DNA from: Balamuthia mandrillaris
Taxonomy: Eukaryota
Direction of reading: 5' to 3'
Assembly (NCBI GenBank): GCA_031835245.2
Contig: JAVKOQ020000087.1
Location: 1 to 64,000 of the forward strand
Length of the DNA stretch: 64,000 nucleotides
Shown here: positions 43,784 to 56,607 of the stretch, piece after piece
How the letters are laid out: each line of letters starts with the position of its first letter
Position numbering within the stretch: position 1 is the stretch's first letter
Program-made: the position numbers and the translations under genes
Notes under the pieces: model-generated
Seen by the model: only the letters and a program-made list of their open reading frames with translations
What the model was told of the DNA's origin: nothing
Databases searched by the model: none

Positions 43784-44436
43784 CTAGCCGCTTCTCCCAC
43801 GCTTGTTGTTGGTCCTCTGATCGTTCACCTCTTGTAAGAGAAGGCAGACGGCATGTAGGCCCAGTTCCTGTGCGGCATTGGCGCGAGCAATGTGCTTCTC
43901 TCTCATGATAAATGCTTCCTGCCTGTTTTCTAAGTGGGAAGAACGACAGGTAACCATTGGAACAAAATGAGTAGTCACCTTCTCCGTAGCGAGGATTGGT
44001 AGTATCTTTTACCTATCTGTTGCAGCTCAGAGAGTATTGCTGCCATAGAGTATCTGGTAGCCGATGCTTCTCCCTCAACATAGGGTGACCGGCCCTCTTC
44101 TGCATGAAGCCTCTTGCGACTCGCTTGTTGCCACCATCCGTTTTCCATGGTCCAGTGCCTCAGCTGAAGACAATACACCGCTCCTCGTGCCTCTTTCTTT
44201 CTTCGCTACTTCTTTCAACAACAAAGAAGACCCTTACCCGTGAGAGCAGCGAGAGAGGTGGCCATGTTCTGGCTCGCTGCGCTAAACCCAAAGGTATCCA
44301 GCCAATGGCGTGCGGTTCCTGCAGGTAAACTGTCGACATTTAATCGATCTGAGTTGTCCCTCTTTGATTGTCTATTGAAGGGGATGGCCCCGATGATCGT
44401 ATCGCGATGTGGGTCAAGCCAATAGGATGCGGGCAC
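43784..44436 (-). CDS. Hypothetical protein or pseudogene (three ORF pieces)
   Basis: Consecutive minus-strand ORFs (44215-44436, 43975-44178, 43784-43978). The first junction can be joined in frame by a GTAAGG..AG intron. No recognisable family. Confidence 0.3.
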
Positions 44437-44972
44437 GATTGCTTGTTTAGGTAATGTTAGCGAAATTTCAAATATAGCATTTTAATATTTTTATTTTTGG
44501 TTTTGGGAGAAACGAAAAAAAAAACCAAGGCCAGAGAGGGCATAGACTTGATCTTTATTTTTTGCGTTGATTCAGCTGCTTTGAGGCGTTTTGCCACCGA
44601 TAAAAGGACCAACAGACCTGCAACTTCGTAAGATACCAACTGCTGGCTAAAGACAGGTTCAATTTTTTGGAGTCTTGTTATTTCTTCGGGTTTTTTTTTT
44701 GGCCCCAACGCGTATTCATAGCATACTCGGTACGCGAGTTTTGTTTTTTGTTTTAGCACTTGTTTAACATTGATACGAAAATGTTTCAGAAGAAGCGGTT
44801 TGATCGAAGTAAAATCCAAGGGTATAAAGCTCTGGTTCGCTTTTTATTTTTGTTGACAACTTTGACCCTTGCTTGCTTACGCTGATATACTCTTTTACTG
44901 AAACTTTTCTTTGCCTCTTGTAACTAAGAAGGACATACTTAACCACAAGGAAGAGCTTCTTTCTCAGCCAAA

Positions 44973-47900
44973 ATGAGGTTCTTCACGTTCTTTTATTCTC
45001 GTCTTTCTTCTTCGACACCTTTGTTTTGCAAATTTTATTGACTCGTTGCTGCATTTTTTTATTTTGAAAACAAATATACAAAGTGGCGCCGAGAAATCAA
45101 TTTTGGAAGTTCAAGCCGCTGTCTATAACTATGACAGCAACACAAGAAACTGGGCGCCTCAGGATGGAGGCCTCTCTCGAGTTTTCATCTTTTTTAACCC
45201 AACCACAGGCGCCTACCGGGTGATAGGACAGTCCATTCAAGACAAACAAGTTAGTCTTCTCGCTTGCTTTTGATCCTTTGTCTTTATTTTCGTTTCTTTT
45301 CTATTTATTTGTTTTTGTACGTGTACATTATACCTGTTCCTTGTTTCTTGTTTGTTATAGTTGCTCTCGCTATTATCCTTTTCTTTCTCACCGTTCTGTC
45401 AATATTATCAGTATAATATCAACTCGCCCATTAAAACGGAACTAGTACATAAGAAACTTCGAGAGAACTTTGTTCAGTGGCGCTTTAGAGACACCATCTA
45501 TGGCTTGAGTTTTTCTTCCGCAACGGATGCCGATACTTTTTATAACATGTTGACAAAGGTTGTGGAACGCCTTCAAGGTAACCCACTTCATATAGAGGAA
45601 GGGGGAGAGAATGAGAGCGGAGAAGGAGGGAAAGCAAAAAGACGAAAGAAACGCGATCCCAAATGACCAAGCCTTAAAGAAACGAACGAAGTGTTGACTG
45701 ACACTATTGCACAACTTTTTAATACTACAGCAACAGCATCTGGAAGCCTAGCCGCACAGCCTCCTTTGGCACCCGGCAGAGTAATATCTGGCTATGCATC
45801 AGTCCCTCCGCAACAACCTGATACTCCTGAACAAGGTATGCCTCATTTCTATTTGTTTTTTCCACTCTCCATCCTATATCTATATCTCGTGAGACTCGCG
45901 CGCTGCTATCCATGTATTCTACGCCTTCCACATGTTCCTTCCTTTTCTTTCTTTTTGTATTTGCTGTCTCTCTCTCTCTTCTATATCGCTATCCATTTTT
46001 TGCCGTGGTACGTGTAAAAGACGGCTGTCTATTTGTACAATCATACAACCCTATGTATATATCATATATATGCATGCTGGAAAATTACTTACACATCTCT
46101 CCAACACTCGTGGAACATGGATCCTCCGTATATACGTTATATCTTCTTTTCCTTCTCCTTGTTCTTGTTTGTTTGTGTCGTGTGTTTCGTCTCGTCTGTG
46201 TTTTCGTTCTTTTCTTTTTCGCTTCTGTCCGAAAGATGCCGAGAGTTTGAGAAGAGCCAGCGCTCCACCTGATCCAGCGGGCAGAGGAAGGGGGAGGGGA
46301 AGGGGAAGAGGCATGCCCGGCCCACCTGGAGCAGAGCTCCCACCTGCTGGAGGAAGTGGTGTTCGAGGAAGAGTTACTTTCTCAGCAGGTGCAGCAGCAG
46401 CAGGAGCAGGAGGAGGAGTGGGAGGCAGTGCCTCTTCCGGCCTGCGTGGAGGACTGCCGCTGGGTGGTCCCAGCAGAGCCGAAGAGAGAATGGCTCTGAG
46501 GAGAGAGGTAAAGAGCATGGAGATTTCCTCCGCCATGATGCAACATTCTTTCGCTAAGCAGGCGTTGGAGGCGGGCACCTACGAATCCCTTCCCTTACCC
46601 ACTTCTCTCCCGCTGGATTCCCTTTCTTCTTTCAGCAACACTTCCCCCACAAATTCTTCCTATCTTCCCCAGCCTAACTCTCCCACTTCTGCTTTGCCAC
46701 CTGATATCGGTGGTGTCCCACTCCCCGATGATCCATCAGCAGGACCTCCGTCACCCATGAGCCATGCCAGAGCACAAAGCCAATATGGAACTTCCAGCCC
46801 TCTCGCAGGCACTCCAGGCTATACCTCCGACTCTTCCTCTCACTTTGGGACCATGCGGCGCACTAACAGCGGGGGTCCTCGTCCCAGAGTGGCCCTATTT
46901 AACGCGGAAAATTCTGAACTTGCCCCCCGAGACTTGCGAGCCAAGGAGATTTACACTACCGAGCTGACTTATTGTGGTATTTTGGATGTCATTATTGAGG
47001 TGAGAATCCTGTTCGCTTTCCTGGTTTCCCTCTTAGAAAGCAAAAGCAACGTTGTTGACCAAATGTTTTTTGCTTCTTAGGACTTTATGCAACCAGCCAC
47101 AAAAAAGAACGTGTTCAGTCCGCAGGAGTACCGCACTATTTTCTCAAACATTGAATCCATCCGCAACTTCAACAAAGATTTGTTGGCTGCAATTCGAGTT
47201 CAAATGGCGGATTGGACTCCCGAGACCACCATTGGTGACATCTTTTTGAAAAAGGTTTAATTTTTTTATTTTTTTAATCTTGTTTTTTTGTTTTTTGCTG
47301 ATATTCTCTTTTTGCCGCACCTTAAGATTCCTTTCCTGAAGATCTACACGACCTATTGTAATAACCATAGCTCGGCCAATCAGTTGTTAGAGAAAATCCA
47401 GAGCCGCAAAAATGTGGCCCAATTCTTGAAAGAGTGCCAAAAGAAGGACTTTGACCTAAACGCGCTGCTCATCACTCCTGTACAGAGAATTCCTAGATAC
47501 CAACTCCTTCTCAAAGTACGTTTCTCCATCCTTGTTTCTTTTTTACCTTCTTTCAGTTTTACACTATGCTCGTTAGTGCAGCAAACTAACCGAACAAAAC
47601 TGTAGGAGTTGATTTCGTTCACAGAAGAGTCGCATCCAGATTACGCCAACCTCAAATCTGCCCTCGAGCAGATCAAGAAAATAGCAGACGAGATAAATGA
47701 TGCCGTGCTGCGCTCGGACAGCACCAAAGAAGTGCATACCCTCTCCAAGATGATACCCGGCATTCAAAAGCTTCTGACCGGATCGAGACAGCTAGTAAAA
47801 CACGGCCCTGTCGATGTCACCAGCGCAGAAGCCAAGTACTCTTACTTGCTGCTGTTTTCTGACGTTCTCGTTTTTGCTTCTCCTATGCCAAAAGGCAAGA

Positions 47901-49748
47901 AATTGGAGTTAAGGGAGAAGCTTCAACTGGAACACGTTTGGGCGGATGACATGAAGGACACAACCTCTGCGGACACAGCGTGGCAGCTCGTCTCACCGGA
48001 GAGCACTTACCTTGTACAATCTCCCAACAAAGAAGATAAGATCATTTGGGTGGACAAGTGCCACCAGAGGACCCTTGCCTGCTGCGAACGACTGGGCATC
48101 GTGGACGATGCCATGCCTCTTGGCAAGCGCAAGATGGAGTACACTTTCCGCAACGGCGCAGTCTATTCTGGAGAATGGTTCAACGGCAAAATGCACGGGC
48201 AGGGAACATTCACTTCTCCTGATAGCACTACCTACGAAGGTTTTATTCTTTTCTCCTATTCTAATCTGGTTGTGACTTTGTGGCTAACCTCCTGCATTTG
48301 TGTAGGGGGATATGCCAACGGTAAATTCGAAGGCCATGGCAAGATAACTTACCTTACTTCAGAAAGTTATGAGGGTCAATGGCTCAAAGGAAAACCGCAC
48401 GGAGAAGGCACGCTTAAGTTGTTGACGGGAACATACACTGGAACCTGGGAGAATGGCAATCAATGTGGTCAGGGCAAGGTAGTTTACTCCTCTGGAGACA
48501 GTTATGAAGGTGGATTCAAGGATAACTTGCGAGAAGGTACGTGTTGACCTTTCTATTATGTTTCCTCAATCCTTTTCCGCTTCTCTCTTCGTTTTCGTTG
48601 GTGACCAACACTTATGACTTTGCTTTTTAAAAAAAGGAAAGGGAGTATTGAGAGGAGCAGATGGCTCGGTGTACGAAGGTGACTGGAAGGCCGACAAACA
48701 ATGTGGTAAGGGCAAGCTTAAGAATCACCTTGGCACGTACGAGGGTGGTTGGCTTAACGACCAAAGGAACGGGCAAGGCACCATGACCTACAACAACGGT
48801 GACAAGTTCGAGGGCACTTGGTCGGATGATAGGAGAAACGGTAAAGGCACGCTGACCTCTGCCGACAGTACCTTCAAGTATGACGGAGAGTGGAAGGATG
48901 ATCTGATGGAGGGGCAGGGTACCCTCATCATTAATCAAACAAAGTATGAAGGCATGCTCAAGGCTGGCAAGCGCTATGGAGAGGGCACCTACACCACTCC
49001 CACCGGCACTTACTCCGGCAATTGGGCGGACGACCGCCGCGAGGGCAAAGGCAAGTGGGTCAGAACAGATGGTTCCGTTTATGAGGGCGAATGGCACAGT
49101 GATTTGGTTTGTTTCATTTTCTTAATTCTCTCTCTCTCTCTCTCTCTCTCGCTCATCTGCTAACTCTGTTCTGCAATAATGCAGAGATTCGGAAAGGGAA
49201 CACAGATAGACCCGGATGGCTCTCGCTATGACGGCAAATGGGTAAAGGGCCGCCGTGAGGGATCCGGTGTGCAGACTTATCCCAATGGCTCTAAGTACTC
49301 GGGCAGCTGGGCTCGCGACAGAAGGCATGGGCAAGGCGTCTTTGCCACCGCCAACGATGCTGCCAAATACGTAGGCGACTGGGTCTACGACAACCGAGAA
49401 GGCAGTGGCGTCATGACGGACAGCTCAGGCACGTACGACGGTGCATGGAAGAACGATATGGTTGGGCCTTCTTTTCTCTCGTTCCCTCTTTCTGTTTTTG
49501 TGTTATCGCTCGCTAATTGTTTTGTGTGCGACTAGCGCAATGGAGCGGGAGTGTTCAAGTACGCAAATGGAATGGTGTTCACAGGAGAGTGGCAGAACGA
49601 CAAAAGACACGGAATGGGACAGCTGACGTTCCCTGACGGCAAGAGGCCTCCCATCCAGGTTCAGTACGAGAGTGGCGTGCTGGTATCTCCAGCCTTTGCT
49701 GAGCTGCCACCGGACCTCGGTCTATCGCGGGCGCTCTTCAAAGCGTAA
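44973..49748 (+). CDS. WH1/EVH1 - Pro/Gly-rich linker - DH-PH RhoGEF - MORN-repeat protein, multi-exon
   Basis: WH1: AAVYNYD...NWAP..GLSRV.IF..YRVIG..FVQWR..YGLSF. DH: AKEIYTTELTY..IFSNIESI..IGDIFL..LKIYTTYCNN..LLITPVQRIPRYQLLLKEL..HPDY. PH: YLLLFSDVLV. Many YxGxWxxGxxxGxG MORN repeats follow. Confidence 0.92.
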
Positions 49749-50158
49749 CGCAAAACCCTCAAAACGACAACTCAACAACAACAACAAAAAAAACAGACCC
49801 TCCTCCAACAACAAAAAAATAACAGTTTCTTGCCGTTCCTTCATCTCCACACCGCCTTTTTGTTTCGTTGTCCGCAAGTGGAACAAAAAGGACTTGAGGG
49901 GAGAAGCAAACCACAGGAGCCTCTCGACCCTCCCTTTACCTCTCAAAACAAAAACAAAAACACAAATGCGCTTGTTAGCTACGCGATGTAACTTAAAAGA
50001 AATAACCTTCTTCTTGGGCTGACCAAGTGTGGCCTTTCTTTTTTTCATGGAGGAGAAAAACCTTCTTCCTCGGGTGTCTTTTTTGCTTGAGCAACACACG
50101 TCGCGAACAGAGGAACAATGGTATTTAAAAAAAAAATTGAACGCCCTTTTTTGTGTGC

Positions 50159-50801
50159 TCACTTGCCAAGCTTTCTGAGCAAGAAGCGCTCCCTCTTTAG
50201 TCGCTTTCTGTACTTGTGCTTTCTCATCATGCGCTTACGTTTGCGCATGACAGAGTCAAGGCTGTACCCCGTTTGTTGTTGTGTGCTGTCCTGTTGCTGT
50301 GGTGCGATGCTGCTTTGCTGAGGAGCGGAGATGGGAGCAGTTGGAGAGGGGAGAAGCGGAGAGGAGGAAGGTGGTCTCACGCTGTTGTTATTGTAGGAGG
50401 GGGCGTGCAGAGGGTGACGAATGAGGGAAGCTCGCAATTGAGGTAAATCTAAGGTTTTGATTTTGGTAAAAAAAAATCCCATGTGTTAAAGAAGGATGAT
50501 AAGTGGCAACAAGAGCGCACAACGACTAAGATAACATACCAAAAGGATGCGAGCGCGACACAGGCACTAGCGGGCGCTTCGATTCGCTACCAACAAAAAG
50601 CTCGGCCTGCACTCGGCTGGCGGTGGTGGAGAAGTAGAGGCTGCCGCTCCGGTTCAGGCTTGGCAAGCGGGCAAGATTGGCGTGAACCGGTGGGCGCAAA
50701 GCGAGCCCGCTGCCGCATGTTCGGTGGAGCAAGGAGGGGCTGCCAGGATAAACTCTCGGCAGGGCGCAAGACCCAACAAACGACCTGCTCGTCGCTTGCA
50801 T
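50159..50801 (-). CDS. Mitochondrial small-subunit ribosomal protein mS38 (COX24/AURKAIP1-like), 2 exons
   Basis: C-terminal LDSVMRKRKRMMRKHKYRKRLKRERFL motif. The upstream exon (50801-~50540) is an Arg/Ser-rich presequence-like peptide ending at a GTATGT donor. Confidence 0.8.
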
Positions 50802-51234
50802 TTTTTTTTTTGGTTGTCTTTCTTTCCTCTTTTTATCGTTCAGCTGAATTTTTTTGGTACCAAAATAGAACTGTTATCGATAATTTTGAATATTTTGAAT
50901 ATTTATGTTATGGGAAATTCCCAAGGAGGAACGAATGGAGCGCAGGTGGAGGTCCATGGGCCGGGAGCTCATCATCCAGAAGAAGCATCGCATGGCGCCA
51001 GCTGCGGAGGGAGGGTGGGAGAACCTTCCCTCCCCCACTCTTCCACCCTCTCTCAAGAGAGACAGTTGCAGCTGCATTGCCAAACAAACCCTAAAAGACA
51101 CGTAGACGTGGTATAGCACTGCGGTGGTTAATTAACAATTTTTGCAGTTGTTGTTTTGGCGGCGGGTAACTCCAGTAGCACTAAGTTTTTTTTTTCAAAA
51201 CCGAGTTGGACCAACCTCACAAGAGAGTTTCGTC

Positions 51235-53750
51235 ATGCCACTCTCTCTTGCCCGTCTTGCCTGTCTTTCCTCTTTGCTCTTCCTCCTCATCTTTCTTTCC
51301 TCTTTGTACGTGTCTCCTCTCCTCTTCTCTCTCTCTCTCTCTCTCTCTCTGCTCTCTCTCGCTCTTTCTCTCAAAGCATCTTCACGCCAGTTGCGTTTTC
51401 GAAAATGAACCAAACTAACAACAAAACAAAAAAGGCACGATGGAGAAAGTTGTGGAGTGACCACGCACAACGTTATAGCCCACCGCGCGATGGTCTTCTT
51501 CAACCAAACGCCCTCCGGCAGTGGCTATGACGAGTTCAAACAGATCATAGCGAAGCACCAGGGAGCCTTCCAGAACGGAGCCGCCTTTCCGGACTGGGGC
51601 TACTCCTGCTTCTTGAAAGGCAGCTATCCTGATCTGCCTGATATGAGCGAGGACACGCATTGGGTTTGCAACGTTTTTCACATTCGTTTTTTTTTTCTTT
51701 TTTTCATCTCTTCTTTTCTTTTTTTCTTCTTCTTTTCTTCTTTTTTCGTTTCTGTTTTGTTTGTTCTTTTTTTTTGTTGCAGCAAACAAAGACCTAACAA
51801 CAAAAATGTGTCCGTTTTGGGCGTAGCCTCCTTTCCAAAATGCCACGATAGAATACGTGTTGAAGAACTATCCTCAGCCTTGGGATGACGATGCACAGCA
51901 GCTCATTGCCTTCTTGCTCGGTATTGAGGCTCACAGTATTGCTGATGTCATTTGGCATGACATGGACATCACCAGACAATACACTCAACAAGGTTCGCTT
52001 TCTCATTTGCTCTGTCTCTAGTATCTTCTTCTCCTTCTTCTTTTCTTTGTCCTTCCGTTCCGTTTTGCTTCTCTCCTTCTCTGCTCCTCTCGTTCTCCCG
52101 TCACTGATTTTCAAATAAAAAACAATAATAGGTTTTATTCAAGCATTAGCAGAAGCCAATTATGGAGAGAGGACAAACGGTTATCCTAACGAAGCCCACA
52201 CTGAAGCAGATGTTGGTGGTGAGTTCATGCTTGCCTATGAACTTGACCTTTCTTACTTGGTTTATGACTGGTCAGCCTCCATCCTCTTATAAGTTGGCAA
52301 TGTTTTGCTCTTTCGTGCTTCTTATACTTTCTTTCTGGTTTTTTTTCGCAGGTATCTTCCTGTCCAAGACTTGGTTCGTACTTTCTTCATGCTTTATTAT
52401 TCTGTTTTGCTTCCTTTTGTTTCTTTCTTTTCTCGTGTTTCTCTATTTTTTACTGATACCTATCTCTCAATACCTTTCCTCTCGACAGCAAAAAATATCC
52501 CAAATGCCCCAATTGGGATGGCCTCTGTTACCTGCTCACGTCTACGAACTTTGCAACTTAGAACTCTACGCTGAGGTTCATGCCATCAAAGATCTGGTAG
52601 GAAAGCTCCTCTTCCCCACTTTCGCGAAGGAGGCTCCTTGGATGGTGGATCAACTGCAAGACTATTGGATGGGGGGCGTCAACAATAATGCCGTGTGGAC
52701 CGACATTTGTTGGCTCAACCTTATGAAATGGCTAAAGACTGGCAAAGCGGATGGATATTGCATTCCGGAGATGAACTATAACCCTGCATCTGCTGAACAG
52801 GCGATTCGTCACCAAAAGGTTTGTTTGGTGTTAATCCTTATTTTGGTTTTACCTTATTGTGAAATCCCCCTCTCTCTTCCCCCCTCTCTCCCTCTCCCTC
52901 TCTCTCTCCTTCTCTTCTCCCCCTTGCCTCCTCTCCTTCTCTCTCTTTCTCTCTCTCTCAACTGATATCTTCGCTCTGAAATAGGCTATGGAAAGGGCAC
53001 AACACCGAATGCGCCAAATATTAAAAGAGCACATGGCCCAAGTCAACATCCAAACCACTCGTACTGGTCGAGGAACTACCTTCACCAGAACTGATGCTCC
53101 CAAAGCAGCCTTTCTTGAAGAGAACAAACCTGCTTCACCGCACCCAACTATGTCACAACCAATGCCTTCAGTAGCCAGCCAAAATTGTGTTAATATCGAT
53201 CAAGCATCCGTTGTCTTCTCGTACGTAACTCCTCTTATCCCTTGGTTTGCCAGTTTGTTCGAAACTCATCTCTCTCTACTTTATGAAGAGTAAATCAGAG
53301 TTACTCCTATCTCGGACAAAGCTTAGCCATTGGTGATTGGAATGGCGACGGGTTGGATGACGTTCTTCTTGGAGCTCCTGGTTATGTTCTGCCTTCCTAC
53401 CCTGACGATGGTAACTTCATCTTTTTTTCCCAATCGTATACTCTCTTTTTATTCATGTCTTCCTTTCCGTTAACACGTACCTTTCATTGCTTCTCTCTTG
53501 CGCACAGGCGGTAATCCAATTCACGCTCAAATAGGAGCTGCTTTTCTTGTATATGGTCAAAAGGGCCTCAACAAGGATTCTAGACTCCGCTTTGATGTTT
53601 CACAGCATTTAGATGACCCGTCCTCCATGTCTTACTGGTTGGGAAGCGAAACTGGTGCCAGATTTGGAGCTGCCGTTCTCTCTTTAGACTTCAACGCAGA
53701 TGGTTTTTTGGACTTGGTTGCCTCTGCTCCTGGAATTGGTATTGCTCCGT

Positions 53751-53781
<31 letters not shown>

Positions 53782-55221
53782 TGTGTGGATCTCCTCTATT
53801 TTGTTGGCGTAATGTTGTTTGGTTGACTCGCAAATGGCAGGAACGGCGACATTTACTTCTACAGGAGCGGTGTATGTATACCTTGGCTATAAAGGAAGTA
53901 ACGGTTTTCCTGCCCTGCCTTCAACTCCTAGTATTACCATAGCATCCACCTACAACTTCACCAACCTCGGTTCGTTCTTCCTCTTTGCTTTTCCTTGTGT
54001 GAACGTGAACATTCCTTTTTTACTAATCTTTATTTTTTTTTTCGATGCTGTTTTTTGTGGATGATAGGGACTACTTTGAAAGCATGCGACGTGAACGGAG
54101 ATGGACATGACGATCTTATCATAGGCTCTCCCTACGCTCCCCATTCTGGCAACAACTTCAGCAACCCATGGAATCACAAAATGTACCAAGCCGGAGCAGT
54201 CTCCATCTTCCTTTCTGGCCGCCACGATAGCAAGAACAAGAGCAAAAATAACGTCATCACCCTTGACTATCAAAAAGATTCCGATTGGTTCTCGGAAGGG
54301 GAACAGCTGTACGCGTGGTTTGGAAACGACATCTCCTGCTATGCTCTACCCAACCAGAACCAAACATTGTTGCTGGTGTCTGCTCCTCTTTCCGCTTATG
54401 CCACCGACAGTAGCCAACGAAAAGTGGTCAGCGCTGTTGGTTCCATCTACCTATTTTCTCTCTCTCACCGCGATCTCTTCAGTCAACGCCTCTTGCTCTT
54501 GAACGGCAGCAGTCGCTTCGACCAATTCGGCATGTCAGCCACCTTCTCTCGCCCTTTTGCCTCTTCTTATTCACAAAAGACAAGAGAGAACAAAGCCACA
54601 TCCGTTCCTTCCGACCTGTACATCGTTGCAGGAATGCCTACTGCCACTTCAGTTTTGGACTACTTCATTCACTTGCCTCAAGCCGGCAGCGCTGTTTTGC
54701 TCTCCGTCTCTTCTCTGTTGGAGGGACCGTCCATCCAAAACCTGAACCAAACAAGCAGAGGCACTATCAAGACTCGCTTCATTGGCGACGTCTCCTACGG
54801 TCGCCTGGGTTGGAAGGTAGTAGGAGAGAGGGACTTGGATGGAGACGGTTGGGATGAGGTGTGGGTCTCTCAGACATTGACTCGCACTGAGGCGGGGGCT
54901 GCCTTCCTGTTTCGTGGAGGCAAGACCTTTCCTAGCGGTGACACCAGGGAGCTGGTGAGTAATTCCGCTTGGTGCGCCTTTCCCAATCATTTGCATTCTA
55001 GGTTTGGCGAGGAGGTGGCTTTCTTGAAGTTTAGTGACAGTACCATTGCTGCCACGGATATATTGCTCGCTGGCCCTAGGGACTCTGCACAAACCACCCA
55101 CGTAAGTATACTTTTTTTTCCTTGTTTTTTGTGTTGGGCGTGTTCCCCTCATGATTGTTTGCTTTTCCTCTTCCAGGGTGGACAAGTGGCTCTCTATTTA
55201 CAAGCATTTTCGCACCAGTAA
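51235..55221 (+). CDS. GPLD1: Glycosylphosphatidylinositol-specific phospholipase D, multi-exon
   Basis: Signal peptide, CGVTTHNVIAHRA, GAAFPDWGY, SEDTHW, YPQPWD..LIAFLLGIEAHSIADVIWH, followed by FG-GAP repeats (GDWNGDGLDDVLLGAPG, DFNADGFLDLVASAPG, DVNGDGHDDLIIGSPY). Confidence 0.93.
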
Positions 55222-55710
55222 CCTTCACCACAGCAAAATATAAAGAGGAGTAGTTGGTTAACCCTAAGGCGGCGCCAAGATCAAGCCGATCCATGGGACA
55301 ACGAAAATAAAGCAAAATTAGTAAAAGATTAGTAAAACAAAAAACAGACACAAAAAACAACCCACCTCCGGCGTGCCTAATCACGGCTTGTCTTACGACT
55401 CGCTATAAGCAACGGTGGAGTTCAGGAGCCAGCAGATGGTGCGGTTAAGTTAACGGTTGGTTAACCCTGTGGCCCGTATTGCGGATGCAGCGTTTCATTG
55501 TCCAATTTTTTGTGTTTAATCCGTGAAAGGAAAGTTCCTTGCCCGTCGAGGGTTCCCCTTTTTTCCTGTGCGTTGAAATTTCAGTCCCGCTGACACGTCA
55601 CCACATGTAGGCTACGTGTGCACCTGATGAACACAAATGCTGTAGCTTTGCTGCTGGTCGGCAGAAACTGTTAACAAAAAAAAAAACCAACAACCAAAAG
55701 GACGGCGAAG

Positions 55711-56551
55711 ATGCCGCAACGCAAAGAGCGAACGGAAGCATGGCGGGTGGTGCGGGATTTGCCGTACCACGCCGAGGAAGAACCTCACACGAAGCTACAG
55801 CTTGACCTTTACGTGCCGCATCAGGAAGGTATCTCTTTTCTCTCTCCGCTCTCTCGCCCTTGTTTCGATTATAGTGTTGTAACTTTTTTTTTCTGTGGAT
55901 GAAGATGGTGCTGCTGCTACTTCTGAGAAACGGCCAGTTGTCATCTACGCTCATGGTGGAGGTTGGAAACGAGGCGATCGAAAGAGAACCCTTTTGGGAA
56001 GGCCGAACATCAACGAAAACGTGGGAAAGAGCCTCGCCTCAAACGGGGTTGTCTGCGCAGTGATCAGCTACCGCCTGAGCAAGACCGGCTTGTTCTCCGC
56101 CCTCTTCTTTGGCGGCTCTTTGGCCGCTATTACCACTGTCGTTCTCTGCCTTGTTTTTTTCATGGTATCACTGCTGACTGCTTTGGTCTCTTCTGCTTTT
56201 ACGTAAGGCTCTTGCTCTCGTCCTTTATCTCTGTCTCGTTGTTGAAAAAGCTAACTGCACACGGAAAAAAAAAGTGGCACTCCCTCGTTGGAAGCGTTAG
56301 TGGCGATGGAAGGCGCCCTTCTCTACGCGGCTGGATGTTTTGCTGTTCTAGTGGTCCTTTACTTTATGCTAACTTGGGTGATGGAGGCGGGCCATCAACG
56401 CCACGGCATTAAACATCCAGTTCACGTTCTGGACTTGGCTCATGCCCTCAAATGGGTGCACGACAATGTGGAGTCCTATGGCGGAGATTCCAACAACATC
56501 TTTTTGTCTGGTCACTCTGCTGGCGTAAATACCTTGTTCTTGTTCTTCCTC

Positions 56552-56607
<56 letters not shown>

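Noticed and set aside
48140..49640. Regularly spaced repeats that might suggest an array
   Set aside because: They are protein-level MORN repeats. No identical DNA repeats with spacers, so not CRISPR-like.
55236..55515. Telomerase-template-like TAACCCTAA (55259-55267), repeated GTTGGTTAACCCT and a downstream Sm-site-like AATTTTTTG
   Set aside because: A 9-mer is expected by chance in a window this size. It lies in the probable GPLD1 3' UTR, and I could not find a supporting pseudoknot or snRNA motifs.
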